Counted from the first letter of the stretch, positions 46,874-56,902 are shown. The stretch: 64,000 bases of DNA from an uncultured Candidatus Saccharibacteria bacterium (GCA_964416765.1 CAYQEU010000002.1:78877-142876); one strand, 5' to 3'. Program-made: numbers and translations. Notes: generated by a model from the sequence alone, not told the origin.

Positions 46874-47395
46874 ATGAAAAACAGAAAGCAAGCAATCAAA
46901 AATTCCATCTGGAAGGTTTACACGGTAATACAGTTCTCTATTCGTCCGTTTCATCCTGTACTCCGAGTAATACTATTTAAACTTCGTATTGTTCGCCACG
47001 GGACACGCCAGCCGTATTTGATTGGCCATCTAAAAAACGAAGTCACCGTAAGCGAATTTAAATCTTACTTGCTAAGCAAAGGTTTTGAAACACCTTTCGC
47101 CATGTGGCTGGACGAGGGAGAAGTTTTAAGCATCAGATACAGGCCAGTGTTTGAATTTCAATACCACATCCGTGTCTATGAGAACAAAGAAGTACGGTGC
47201 CATTACGAAATAACACCCGAGGAAGCGCCGCTAGACCATTTAACGGACCGGTTCACGGAACCACGGCGGGAAGAATTTATGGAATGGCTGGAAGGCTGGA
47301 TTATCCCAACCACTCATTCCGACGATTTTATATTAGAAAAAACTATGTCCCACAACGCACTCGCTGCATCACGCACTGGACCGGAAAACGGGTAG
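46874..47395 (+). CDS. Hypothetical protein
   Basis: 173-aa ORF with FQYHIRVY...VRCHYE.TPE..P..H pattern. Confidence 0.65.
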   Translation: MKNRKQAIKNSIWKVYTVIQFSIRPFHPVLRVILFKLRIVRHGTRQPYLIGHLKNEVTVSEFKSYLLSKGFETPFAMWLDEGEVLSIRYRPVFEFQYHIRVYENKEVRCHYEITPEEAPLDHLTDRFTEPRREEFMEWLEGWIIPTTHSDDFILEKTMSHNALAASRTGPENG

Positions 47396-48525
47396 GCATG
47401 TAGGTCAACGTAAGGCAAAGCATTGCACTCAATTACTCCGCATGGAAGCTGTTCCTGCCACGGCAGAGTAATATCGCGAATAATAAAATCAATTCCCACC
47501 AACGGATCGTTGACAACGGATCCGATTTTTTTAAATAGTTTCATGTTTTCCGGGTGGACCTCATCGGTGACGTCAACGTTTACGGCGCCGTTGCCCCGGC
47601 TGACTTTTGGATTCAACACAGCAATGGTCCCAACGGGCAGAACGGCTCCCCAGTCCAATCCCTGCCCCGCCAAATAATTGGTGGCGTTATCGTCAGTGGG
47701 CAGTTCATGGAAAATTGGGCCGTGGCGAGTTGGGTTTTTATTTTCCTCTTCCGCCAATTCTCTTATTGTCCGATTGCCATCGCCGGTCACGTAAGCAGGT
47801 TCGCGTCTCATGACCGCGACTACTTCATCTCCTACCCACAGAACGCGATGCACGAACCCCGGCAATTCTTCCTGCACCATGACCCATTGGGAAATCTCCT
47901 GGGCAACGTGAAAAGCGCGGGCCATTTGCTCCTCGTTGGTAATCCCCACGGTAGTATGGCGACTGCGGGAACCATAAGTTGGCTTTACAATGGCCGCTGA
48001 GCGCAATTGCCTGAAAGCCGCCAAAGATTGTTCTTCTGTACTGCATTCAAAACTCCGTGGAACGGGAATTCCCGCTTGGTTAAGCTCTTTTTGCATCATA
48101 GCCTTGTTGTCCATCCAGAACATAGCGTTCGAAGGCGCGCCTTTGGGACGGGGGAGGCTCATGTATACCCGGCGGCTACCCTGATATTCCGCTATGGATA
48201 TTTCCGTCTTTTGTCCAAGCAAACTAACACGAGTAACTTTTATTCCCTTGCGCCGGGCCGCTTCCCACAATACCAATGTCCGGGAATTATCATCAGGCAG
48301 CAGTTCATCATGGAAAGTAACCAACCTGACCAAACGAGCCCCATGCAAAGCAGCGAGCCCAATTCCATTCCAGGGCAGCGCGGAAAGGATAGGCTGTACC
48401 CCTCGCCGGAAATACTCGAGCGGACGGGAGTAACGGTGGGACCAGTGTTCAAACCAGTTTGACCACCATTCGGAGCGATGGTCAACGGGAGCGGAACCGC
48501 ATTCTATGCAAACTATTTCATTCAT
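47314..48525 (-). CDS. ATP-grasp protein resembling the ATP-grasp part of cyanophycin synthetase/GshF
   Basis: IVKP, VQEE, RREPAYVTGDG..TI.EL, GIDFI and IECNALP motifs. Confidence 0.8.
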   Translation of the reverse strand: MNEIVCIECGSAPVDHRSEWWSNWFEHWSHRYSRPLEYFRRGVQPILSALPWNGIGLAALHGARLVRLVTFHDELLPDDNSRTLVLWEAARRKGIKVTRVSLLGQKTEISIAEYQGSRRVYMSLPRPKGAPSNAMFWMDNKAMMQKELNQAGIPVPRSFECSTEEQSLAAFRQLRSAAIVKPTYGSRSRHTTVGITNEEQMARAFHVAQEISQWVMVQEELPGFVHRVLWVGDEVVAVMRREPAYVTGDGNRTIRELAEEENKNPTRHGPIFHELPTDDNATNYLAGQGLDWGAVLPVGTIAVLNPKVSRGNGAVNVDVTDEVHPENMKLFKKIGSVVNDPLVGIDFIIRDITLPWQEQLPCGVIECNALPYVDLHAYPFSGPVRDAASALWDIVFSNIKSSE

Positions 48526-48592
48526 GTCCTTAATTCTACAGGTTTTTCCCCGGCTTGCCGAGCCTAGCGCAATCTCTTATCATGTATATACC

Positions 48593-49258
48593 ATGCTTTA
48601 CGTTATCGCCACTCCACTAGGCAACCTTGATGATATTACTTTTCGCGCGGTCAATACCCTTCGCGACGTCGGATTTATAATCGCGGAGAATCCTAGTCAC
48701 AGCCAAAAACTTTTATCACACTTCGGCATCAGCGGCAAAAAGGTTTCCCAGTTCGCCGACCATAACGAAACCAGGGTGCTGCCAAATTTGATCACAAAGC
48801 TAAAAACTGAAGACGGCTGCCTTATTACTGATGCGGGAACCCCTGCGATTTCTGATCCCGGTTTCCGTCTCGTAAGGGCATGTTGGGAAAATGGAATTAC
48901 TGTCACTCCCATACCCGGACCGAATGCCGCTATCGCGTTGCTGTCGGCCGGCGGCCTGCCAACTGACAAGTTTATTTTTGTCGGCTTCCTTCCCAAGACT
49001 GAACCAAAATTGCGGCAGGCAGTTGAAGAAGCCAAGGCCGCACACGCCACGCTGGCTGCTTATGAATCCCCTCAGCGCATCAACAAAACTTTACAGCTGC
49101 TGGAAAAGATTGCTCCCGAGGCTAACATAGCTGTTGGCAGGGAACTTACTAAGATGCATGAAGAAATTTTTCGGGGAACGATTAAGGAAGCAGCGGAAAA
49201 TTTCCGCCAGCGCTCCAGCGTAAAGGGCGAAATATCAATAATCATATCTTTTAAATAA
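48593..49258 (+). CDS. rsmI: 16S rRNA C1402 2'-O-methyltransferase
   Basis: LYVIATPLGNLDDIT, DAGTPAISDPG and RELTKMHEE motifs. Confidence 0.95.
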   Translation: MLYVIATPLGNLDDITFRAVNTLRDVGFIIAENPSHSQKLLSHFGISGKKVSQFADHNETRVLPNLITKLKTEDGCLITDAGTPAISDPGFRLVRACWENGITVTPIPGPNAAIALLSAGGLPTDKFIFVGFLPKTEPKLRQAVEEAKAAHATLAAYESPQRINKTLQLLEKIAPEANIAVGRELTKMHEEIFRGTIKEAAENFRQRSSVKGEISIIISFK

Positions 49259-49977
49259 TGTCAGGACATTCTAAATGGGCAACCACTAAACGCGCCAAAG
49301 GAGCGGCCGACGCCAAGCGAGGCCTGCTGTTTTCCAAACTAAGCAAGCGTATTTCCATAGCGGTTCGCGAAGGCGGCGGAGGGGATATTGAAACTAACTT
49401 CAAACTCCGGCTTGCGGTTGAAAAGGCCCGCGAGGCCAGTATGCCCAATGATAATATAGACAGGGCCATTAAAAAGGGGCTCGGCGAAGGGGGCGGGCAG
49501 GCTATTGAAGAAGTGGTTTACGAAGGTTATGGCCCATTTGGCACTGCTTTTATCATCGAAGCGGCCACGGACAACAAAAACCGGACTGTGAGCAGTATTA
49601 AACATTTGCTATCCAAACATGGTGGCAATTTGGGCGCCGCTGGAAGTGTTTCCTGGCAATTCACCACGAAAGGGCAGATTCTGGTGGAACGGACAGAGAA
49701 CTTGGATGAACTGGAGCTGGCCGCAATTGACGCGGGAGCCGAAGACGTAGTTGAGTCGGAAGAAGGGCTGGCGGTATACACCAAACCCGACCAACTCGAC
49801 GCGGTAAAAAAGTCACTGGCCACGGCGGGAGCCACCATTGTGGAAGCGGAAGTGATCCAGGAAAGCACCCAACCAATGGAACTTTCCGATGAAGAAAAAA
49901 TAAAGGTAGAAACGCTTTACTCGGATTTGGAATCTGATGAAGACGTAATTGGCGTGCACACTAACGCGACACTCTAA
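49258..49977 (+). CDS. yebC: YebC/PmpR family protein
   Basis: MSGHSKW, YEGYGP and TDNKNRT motifs. Confidence 0.95.
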   Translation: MSGHSKWATTKRAKGAADAKRGLLFSKLSKRISIAVREGGGGDIETNFKLRLAVEKAREASMPNDNIDRAIKKGLGEGGGQAIEEVVYEGYGPFGTAFIIEAATDNKNRTVSSIKHLLSKHGGNLGAAGSVSWQFTTKGQILVERTENLDELELAAIDAGAEDVVESEEGLAVYTKPDQLDAVKKSLATAGATIVEAEVIQESTQPMELSDEEKIKVETLYSDLESDEDVIGVHTNATL

Positions 49978-50468
49978 TGATTATATTAGGAATCGACCCC
50001 GGTACCGCCACGACCGGTTTTGGGTTCATAAAAAAGACTAAAGTTGGGAACAAGCAGAGCGGCTTTGAAGTTATGGACTATGGCATTGTCAGCACCCCCA
50101 AAACGGACACCGAAGCAATGCGGTTGGCGACAATTGCTGACGATTTGAAATCGTTGATAAAAAAATACAAGCCTGAACGGGTCGGTATTGAAAAGCTCTA
50201 CTTCCAAAATAACCAGAAGACCGCCATGGAAGTTTCGCAAGCACGCGGTGTGGTCTTATTGGTGTGCCAACAAGCGGGGTTAAAAATTTTTGAGTTTACC
50301 CCCTTACAAGTTAAGAACTATATCTGCGGCAACGGTCGGGCTGATAAACGCCAAATCCAATTCATGGTTAAAAAAACTTTTGGGCTCGAGCAAATTCCCA
50401 AACCCGACGACGCGGCGGACGCGCTGGCCATATCACTCTGTGCGGCTCTGGCCCCAGATAATTCTTGA
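49977..50468 (+). CDS. ruvC: Holliday junction resolvase RuvC
   Basis: GIDPG, QARG and PDDAADALA motifs. Confidence 0.96.
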   Translation: MIILGIDPGTATTGFGFIKKTKVGNKQSGFEVMDYGIVSTPKTDTEAMRLATIADDLKSLIKKYKPERVGIEKLYFQNNQKTAMEVSQARGVVLLVCQQAGLKIFEFTPLQVKNYICGNGRADKRQIQFMVKKTFGLEQIPKPDDAADALAISLCAALAPDNS

Positions 50469-50493
50469 CAGCTGACCCGGATAGTGTTAAAAT
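50465..50493 (+). promoter_or_regulatory. Near-consensus sigma70 promoter
   Basis: TTGACA-17-TAAAAT with extended TG. Confidence 0.75.
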
Positions 50494-50593
50494 TCTATTA
50501 CAGTTCAGCCAAGTCGCAGAACTGTATTGTTTTACTACTAATTATTCCTTCTGGCTAAATTCATTTAGACGGAGAGAATAGGGAGAACAGAAA

Positions 50594-50740
50594 ATGTTCT
50601 TACAAGACGAAGGCACTCAGATGCCTGCCGACGACACTATGCAAGCTGCTGGTGGCGACGACATGAACACTGGCAACGACCAGGCTGCTGAAGGCGGCAT
50701 GGAAAACGCTGGTGGCGAACAGGGCGGCGACCAACAGTAA
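50594..50740 (+). CDS. 48-aa acidic low-complexity small protein
   Basis: MFLQDEGTQMPADDTMQAAGGDDMNTGNDQAAEGGMENAGGEQGGDQQ; GGAG SD, own promoter and terminator. Confidence 0.7.
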   Translation: MFLQDEGTQMPADDTMQAAGGDDMNTGNDQAAEGGMENAGGEQGGDQQ

Positions 50741-50819
50741 TCGCCCTAAAGACCCTCTCCGGAGGGTCTTTTATTTTAAGAAACCCTATATCAAAAATCC
50801 CCTTATTTCGGGGGATTTT

Positions 50820-51992
50820 TTACTTTACAATATTTACCAATTTTCGTTTTCCTACCTGGATGAGCGTGGGAATTTTTCGCGGTTCTATTATTACGTCCGC
50901 GGAAACTTGCTGGTCAACTTTCACTCCATTTTGTGAAATCAACCGGCGCGCCTCGCTCTTGCTTATTGCCATACCCAGATCAACGAGTAAGGTAGAAAGC
51001 TGTGTGGCCCCTTTGATCTTCTTTGTAGGAATGTCGCTGGGCAGTTCCTTTTTGGAGAAACGGGCAATAAAATCATCTTGGGCTTTCTTGGCTTGAGACT
51101 TCCCATGGTACAGCTCGGTGATGGTGAAAGCCAGATGAAGTTTGCGGTCGCGCGGGTGCGAAACGGTTTTCATCAACTGCTTGATTTCTTTTTCCGGCAC
51201 CGGAGTGGCGAGCAAAAAATATTTTTCCACGAGCGTGTCATCAAGCGACATGGTTTTGCCAAACATGTCTTCCGGGGAATCCGTGAGATTTATGGTGTTG
51301 CCCCATGAGGAAGACATCTTGCGCCCGTCCAGACCTTCGAGCAGCGGGGTAGTGAGTATAGCCTGCGGTTTCTGTCCGTACGCCGGCTGGAGAGTGCGGC
51401 CGGCAAGCAGATTAAACCTCTGGTCGGTACCGCCCAGTTCCACATCGGCTTTGATGGCAATGCTGTCATAACCCTGCATGAGAGGGTAGAGCACTTCACG
51501 GAGCCCGATGCGCTTCCCGCCATCAAGACGGCGTTTAATATTTTCCCTGGCGATGAACTCGTGCAAACTAAACTGGTCAGCCATCCGCCCTATTTCCAAA
51601 AAGCCAAGTTTCTTCAGCCATTTGGAATTATAGTGGGTTTCAGTTTTTTTTGGATCGAGAATCTTGAACGCCTGCTTAAAGTAAGTCGCGGAATTCTTTT
51701 TGACTTCAGCGGGGGAGAGCATGGGCCGTTCCGCGTCTTTGTCGGAAGTGTCGCCAATCAAACCGGTAAAGTCCCCAACAATCAGTACCACGGTATGCCC
51801 CAAATCCTGAAAGGCCCGTAATTTCCACAAAACCACGCTCCGCCCAATGTGGAGCGAGGGTGAGGTGGGGTCAATTCCCAATTTTACCCGCAACTTTTTC
51901 TTTCCATTTAGCATTTCCCTCAAGTTGGCCTCGGGAATAATCTCTTCCACCCCGCGGGTAAGCAGGGAGTTAATCTGTTCGTTTTTATTCAT
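50820..51992 (-). CDS. tyrS: Tyrosine--tRNA ligase
   Basis: GIDPT..SLHIG, MQGYD, GGTDQ, KMSSS motifs and an S4 domain. Confidence 0.97.
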   Translation of the reverse strand: MNKNEQINSLLTRGVEEIIPEANLREMLNGKKKLRVKLGIDPTSPSLHIGRSVVLWKLRAFQDLGHTVVLIVGDFTGLIGDTSDKDAERPMLSPAEVKKNSATYFKQAFKILDPKKTETHYNSKWLKKLGFLEIGRMADQFSLHEFIARENIKRRLDGGKRIGLREVLYPLMQGYDSIAIKADVELGGTDQRFNLLAGRTLQPAYGQKPQAILTTPLLEGLDGRKMSSSWGNTINLTDSPEDMFGKTMSLDDTLVEKYFLLATPVPEKEIKQLMKTVSHPRDRKLHLAFTITELYHGKSQAKKAQDDFIARFSKKELPSDIPTKKIKGATQLSTLLVDLGMAISKSEARRLISQNGVKVDQQVSADVIIEPRKIPTLIQVGKRKLVNIVK

Positions 51993-52072
51993 AAATATAG
52001 TATAGCAAAGCGGCTACTCTCCTGGAACTATTTTCTATCCTGTCTCGTTATATTAGAGTATACTACTTATAT

Positions 52073-54940
52073 ATGCGTATCTATTCTTACCAAAACCAAG
52101 GGCAGAAATCTGACCTGCCCTCACACACGCCGAAAGGCAAAAAGAGATTTTCCCTCAAAAATATTAAGAGTACCTGGAAGAATGCCAGCTGGAAACAGAT
52201 AGGCACGTGGGCTTTCCGCGCCGCGGCGGCCGGCTTTTTGTTATTAGCACTCCTGTTTATTTATGTTAGTTTCAGCCTGCCTAACCCAAACCGCCTGCTC
52301 GGCCGTGATGTCCCGCAATCGACTAAGATTTTTGACCGCAATAATAACTTGCTCTACGAAGTGCACGGCGAATTCAAGAGAACGCTGGTAAACCTGGATC
52401 AGGTTTCGCCCTACGTGCAGAAGGCTACGATAGCCACGGAAGACAAGGACTTCTATAACCACCGTGGCATTTCTATTACTGGTATTTTGCGTTCTATTAT
52501 CGTGGACATTTTCGCCGGAAAGAAAAAGGAAGGTGGCAGCACCATTACCCAACAGTTCGTTAAGAACGCGGTTTTAACCAATGAAAAATCTCTCTGGCGC
52601 AAAGTCAAAGAAATAATTTTGTCTCTGGAAATAGAAAGCCGTTTTTCCAAGGATGACATCCTTAAGCTTTACCTGAATGAAATCCCTTACGGCCGTAACG
52701 CGTACGGGGTCGAAGCCGCCTCGCAAACTTACTTTGGCAAATCGGCCAAAGACTTAACCATTGCCGAGAGCGCCTACCTGGCCGCCCTGCCACAAGCCCC
52801 GAGCTATTACAACCCAACCGGTGTCCACCGTGATGCTTTGGAAGCCCGCAAGAACTACGTGCTGTCCCAAATGAAAGACCAGGGTTACATAACCGGCGAC
52901 CAGTATGACGAGGCCACAAAGGAACAGGTGGAATTTAAGGCGGCGACGAACAGCATCAATGCCCCTTACTTTGTTTTCTACATTGAAGACTATTTAGCCG
53001 ACAAGTATGGCGAACAAACCCTGCAAGAAGGCGGCTTAAAAGTCTACACCACTCTAGATGCGGACCTGCAGCAAAAAGCTGAGCAGGCAGTCAAAGACGG
53101 CGCGGCAAAGATTAAAGCCCGCGGCGCTAACAACGCGGCTTTGGTTGCTGTTGACCCGAAAACGGGGCAAATCTTGGCCATGGTTGGAGGGAAAGACTAC
53201 TTCGGCGAACCGGAACCAAAGGGCTGTACTCCTGGAAAGAACTGTGTGTTTGAACCTAACGTTAACGTGGCGACCTCACCTCGGCAACCTGGATCATCCT
53301 TTAAACCATATGTTTACCTGACCGCCTTTGGCCGTGACTACAAGTACAGCCCGGCATCCATGCTTATGGATGTGGTAACTAACTTTGGGACTTTCGGCGG
53401 CAAGTCTTACCAGCCGCAAAACTACAATGGCCATAGCTATGGGCCAGTTTCCATGCGCCAGGCGCTCGCCGGTAGTTTGAATGTTCCTGCCGTAAAAACC
53501 CTAGACTTAGTCGGCGTTGATAAAGCGGTGGAAACCGCCCACAACCTCGGCATTACCTCGTCGCTCCAGAACTGCGGACTCTCCCTGGTATTGGGAGGGT
53601 GCGAAGTCAAATTGCTTGACCACGTTACTGCTTACGCGGCCATCGCCAACGAAGGCAACCGCAACAAGTCTACCGGTATCCTTAAAGTTGTCGACCAAGG
53701 CGGAAAAACCCTGGAGGAATACAAACAGCAAAGCCAGCAGGTCGTAGACCCTCAGGCTGCTTATGAACTGATTAGCATCATGACTGACAACCAGGCCCGT
53801 TCCTACATTTTCGGATCCAACGCCCCCCTCACTCTTCCTGACCGGCCATTGGCTTGCAAAACTGGTACCACGCAAAACTGGCACGATGGCTGGACCATGT
53901 GCTTTACCCCGAGCCTCGCGGCTGGGGTATGGGCCGGAAACAATGACGGCACCCTGCTCAAAGCCGGCTCCGACGGTGTCCTGGTCGCCGCTCCTATCTT
54001 AAACGCTTTCCTCAAAGCGGCCACTAAGGGCAGTCCGGTAGAAGAATTTAAGGTTCCGCCTGGAATCACCAAGGTTACCGTGGACTCTGTATCCGGTAAA
54101 CTACCAACGGACGCTTCACCTTCCACCAAGAGTGAAACTTTCGCGGATTACTCCGTGCCAACTGAACGCGACCCGGTTCACGTTGCCGTAAAGATTGACA
54201 CTACCACCGGACAAAAAGCCAATGACTTAACCCCTCCGGAAAATATTGAAACCAAAATTTACAGCGTGTTCCATAGCGAGCGCCCCGACAATCCAAACTG
54301 GGAAAACCCGGTACGGGCGTGGGCCCTAGCCAACGGGTATGACTACCCACCAGGGGATGGGGGCGGTACGGTTAATGACGCTGACCGTCCGCAAGTCAGC
54401 ATAACTTCCCCAACCGACGGCGCCGCGATTTCCGGCAGTCCATTCCAGATAACTGTTTCGGCCAATTCAGCGAAAGGAATCGCCAAGGTTCAAATCTCAG
54501 TGGACGGCGATGTTGTTGGAACGCCAACATCCTCACCATACACCGTAACCGTGACCCAGAAGTATAATCAAGGTGTTCACGTCATTACGGCACGGGCAAC
54601 GGACAAGGACGGCATTAGCAATGACACTAGCAGTTCCTTCACTATTGGTAGTGAAGCCAATACCCTATCCATAACTGATCCCCAGAATAACGAAAACGTG
54701 ACCTTCCCGCTCAGTCTCAGCGCCGCAAGCGACACGTTGTACAAAGGAGTAACCTTTTACTACCAACTCGGGGGAGGAGCGGCAAAACCAATTGGCGTAG
54801 CCGCGGTGGACAACGCGTTTAGCGCGCCCTACGATTACAATCTGACATGGAACAGTAAACCCGCAGCGGGAAATTACAAGATTTACGCCAAGAGTGACAC
54901 CGGGGTAACGAGCCCAAAAATCAACATCGTAATTCCCTAA
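52073..54940 (+). CDS. Class A penicillin-binding protein with C-terminal Ig-like domains
   Basis: ATEDKDF, GGSTITQQ, SSFK, SLN and KTGT motifs. Confidence 0.93.
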   Translation: MRIYSYQNQGQKSDLPSHTPKGKKRFSLKNIKSTWKNASWKQIGTWAFRAAAAGFLLLALLFIYVSFSLPNPNRLLGRDVPQSTKIFDRNNNLLYEVHGEFKRTLVNLDQVSPYVQKATIATEDKDFYNHRGISITGILRSIIVDIFAGKKKEGGSTITQQFVKNAVLTNEKSLWRKVKEIILSLEIESRFSKDDILKLYLNEIPYGRNAYGVEAASQTYFGKSAKDLTIAESAYLAALPQAPSYYNPTGVHRDALEARKNYVLSQMKDQGYITGDQYDEATKEQVEFKAATNSINAPYFVFYIEDYLADKYGEQTLQEGGLKVYTTLDADLQQKAEQAVKDGAAKIKARGANNAALVAVDPKTGQILAMVGGKDYFGEPEPKGCTPGKNCVFEPNVNVATSPRQPGSSFKPYVYLTAFGRDYKYSPASMLMDVVTNFGTFGGKSYQPQNYNGHSYGPVSMRQALAGSLNVPAVKTLDLVGVDKAVETAHNLGITSSLQNCGLSLVLGGCEVKLLDHVTAYAAIANEGNRNKSTGILKVVDQGGKTLEEYKQQSQQVVDPQAAYELISIMTDNQARSYIFGSNAPLTLPDRPLACKTGTTQNWHDGWTMCFTPSLAAGVWAGNNDGTLLKAGSDGVLVAAPILNAFLKAATKGSPVEEFKVPPGITKVTVDSVSGKLPTDASPSTKSETFADYSVPTERDPVHVAVKIDTTTGQKANDLTPPENIETKIYSVFHSERPDNPNWENPVRAWALANGYDYPPGDGGGTVNDADRPQVSITSPTDGAAISGSPFQITVSANSAKGIAKVQISVDGDVVGTPTSSPYTVTVTQKYNQGVHVITARATDKDGISNDTSSSFTIGSEANTLSITDPQNNENVTFPLSLSAASDTLYKGVTFYYQLGGGAAKPIGVAAVDNAFSAPYDYNLTWNSKPAAGNYKIYAKSDTGVTSPKINIVIP

Positions 54941-54972
54941 CCAATTACAAAATAACCGCTCCAGGTGAGCGG

Positions 54973-55440
54973 TTATTTTTTTAAACTGATAATTATTCTT
55001 CGGTACGGGTCACGGCCTTCACTGCCGCTTATCACATCCGGGTAAGTTTCCTGAATAAAGGAATGGACCAATCGGCGTTCGTAATTGGGCATCGGCTCCA
55101 TTTGGACCGGTTTGCCTAGACGCTTCAGTTGGGCCACGGCTTCCCTGGCCATTTCCTTCAGATGCCATTCGCGCTTACGGCGGTAATCATCAACATCCAA
55201 GGTAAACCGGAACGGCTCGCCGGGCATAGTTCTTGATACTAAAGTATGGCAAAGGATTTCCAGCGCGTGCAGAGTTGCCCCCTGGTGACCAATAAGCAAA
55301 CGGGACTCGCGGGTAGAGATGTTGAAAACCAGCCCCTTAACGATGCTGTCTTCATACTCAACCCTGGCGTTGATTCCCATGCGGGACAACAAGTCGGTTA
55401 TGAGTTCCTTTACTTGTTCGGCTTTATCGTAATCGGTCAT
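54973..55440 (-). CDS. jag: Jag/KhpB RNA-binding protein (KH + R3H)
   Basis: LIGHQGATL, ERRLVH and SEG..P.R motifs; next to yidC. Confidence 0.88.
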   Translation of the reverse strand: MTDYDKAEQVKELITDLLSRMGINARVEYEDSIVKGLVFNISTRESRLLIGHQGATLHALEILCHTLVSRTMPGEPFRFTLDVDDYRRKREWHLKEMAREAVAQLKRLGKPVQMEPMPNYERRLVHSFIQETYPDVISGSEGRDPYRRIIISLKK

Positions 55441-56159
55441 TAGTTTATAACTTGAACCTTTTCCGCGTCATGAATGCGGTTAATGTAATACTGCTGGCCA
55501 ATGGCAAACAGGGTAGTGATGATCCAGTAGAGTGGAAGACCAGCCGGGAGTTTTAATGCGATTATAAAGGAAATCGCCGGCAAGACATAGGTAGTCTGCA
55601 CGCTCATGGCTTTCATGGTGGCGTCGGTCGAAGGCTGGGAAGGCATCATCATGCGGGACTGCCAGAATTGGGTAATACCGGCAAGCAGGGCGAAAATCCA
55701 GTTGGGCTGGGACAAATCAATGAAGTGCAAAAACTTTGGGTTCAACACGCCCGGGTTTTGCACGAAGTGATATAACCCTTCCAAATTGCCGCGCAAAGCT
55801 TTTACAAACACTTGGTAAAGGGCGATCAGGATCGGCAACTGTACCAACAACGGCAAGCAGGAACTTAACGGATTAATCTTGTGTTCACGGTAAAGTTCCA
55901 TCATCGCGCGGGTTTCCGCTTCTTTGTCACCTTTATGCTTCTCACGCAGGTCATTTAGTTTTGGCTGGAGCGCGTTCATGGCCTTTTGTCCCTTCAGGGA
56001 CTTGTGGAATAATGGGGCCAACAGCAACCGAATGATGATAGTGACTAAAATGATAACCAAACCGACATCATGGCCGGGGATATGGTTGTACAGCGCGACA
56101 AGAAGGTTAAGTATCGGACGATATATTCCTTCGTGGTAGATGGAAAATAAAAAGTTCAT
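55440..56159 (-). CDS. yidC: Membrane protein insertase YidC (short form)
   Basis: NPLSSCLPLLVQLPI and PAGLPLYW motifs. Confidence 0.93.
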   Translation of the reverse strand: MNFLFSIYHEGIYRPILNLLVALYNHIPGHDVGLVIILVTIIIRLLLAPLFHKSLKGQKAMNALQPKLNDLREKHKGDKEAETRAMMELYREHKINPLSSCLPLLVQLPILIALYQVFVKALRGNLEGLYHFVQNPGVLNPKFLHFIDLSQPNWIFALLAGITQFWQSRMMMPSQPSTDATMKAMSVQTTYVLPAISFIIALKLPAGLPLYWIITTLFAIGQQYYINRIHDAEKVQVIN

Positions 56160-56160
56160 G

Positions 56161-56415
56161 TTAGTGATTTAATTCAATTTGAGGATGGGTAAAGGGGTTG
56201 CAGCGGATAATGCGCCAGACTGTCTGTAGGCTTCCGCGTAGGACCCCATGCTTTGTTATGGCGATCTTTGCGTACTCGCTGCACGAAGGATAAAAGCGGC
56301 AAAAGCCATATGGATAGCGCCCGCGGAGCAGACCATGGTCGGGGGAAAGGGTTTTCTGGTAAACCACAATCATCGCGACGGCAATTTGGCAGGGAATTAA
56401 TCTTAATCGTTTCAT
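56161..56415 (-). CDS. yidD: Membrane protein insertion efficiency factor YidD
   Basis: CRFYPSCSEY and RCNP motifs. Confidence 0.93.
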   Translation of the reverse strand: MKRLRLIPCQIAVAMIVVYQKTLSPDHGLLRGRYPYGFCRFYPSCSEYAKIAITKHGVLRGSLQTVWRIIRCNPFTHPQIELNH

Positions 56416-56750
56416 TTCAGCAACTTTAATGTGGTTAAGAAATTTAACAGCCCGGAGCGTGCCACCTCTTCTTCTGACTTGGCCGCCTTTGGTCTTACGA
56501 TAATAACATAATCGCCCTTTTTTAGCTTGCCTATATTCAGGCGAATAGTCTCCCTGACCAGGCGCTTCAAACGGTTTCGCTCCACGGCTTTCTTGGACAC
56601 ATAATTAGACACCACTACCGCTACGCGCGGTTCCAATTCGGCTTCCGGGCGAAACTTGACCACAAAATTTGGCGAAAAAAAACTCCGCCCGCGCTCGGAC
56701 GTATTTTTAATATCCTTAGCTTTGTTCAGGCGGTATTTTTTTTGTAGCAT
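56412..56750 (-). CDS. rnpA: Ribonuclease P protein component
   Basis: KKAVERNRLKR motif; synteny. Confidence 0.93.
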   Translation of the reverse strand: MLQKKYRLNKAKDIKNTSERGRSFFSPNFVVKFRPEAELEPRVAVVVSNYVSKKAVERNRLKRLVRETIRLNIGKLKKGDYVIIVRPKAAKSEEEVARSGLLNFLTTLKLLK

Positions 56751-56767
56751 CTAAAATCTATTGTTTT

Positions 56768-56902
56768 CTAGACAGCCAGTCTCTTGCGGCCTTTCTGGCG
56801 GCGGCGGGCGATAACGTTCTGGCCCGACTTAGTCTGCATTCTGGCGCGGAAACCGTGCACTTTTTGGCGGCGGCGGGCTTTCGGTTGGTAAGTTCTTTTC
56901 AT
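56768..56902 (-). CDS. rpmH: 50S ribosomal protein L34
   Basis: Manual translation [44 protein letters not shown]. Confidence 0.97.
   Translation of the reverse strand: MKRTYQPKARRRQKVHGFRARMQTKSGQNVIARRRQKGRKRLAV

Noticed and set aside
46786-46980. Short ORFs over tRNA genes (also 20290-20484, 37629-38033, 40859-41378)
   Set aside because: They are translations of tRNA sequence.
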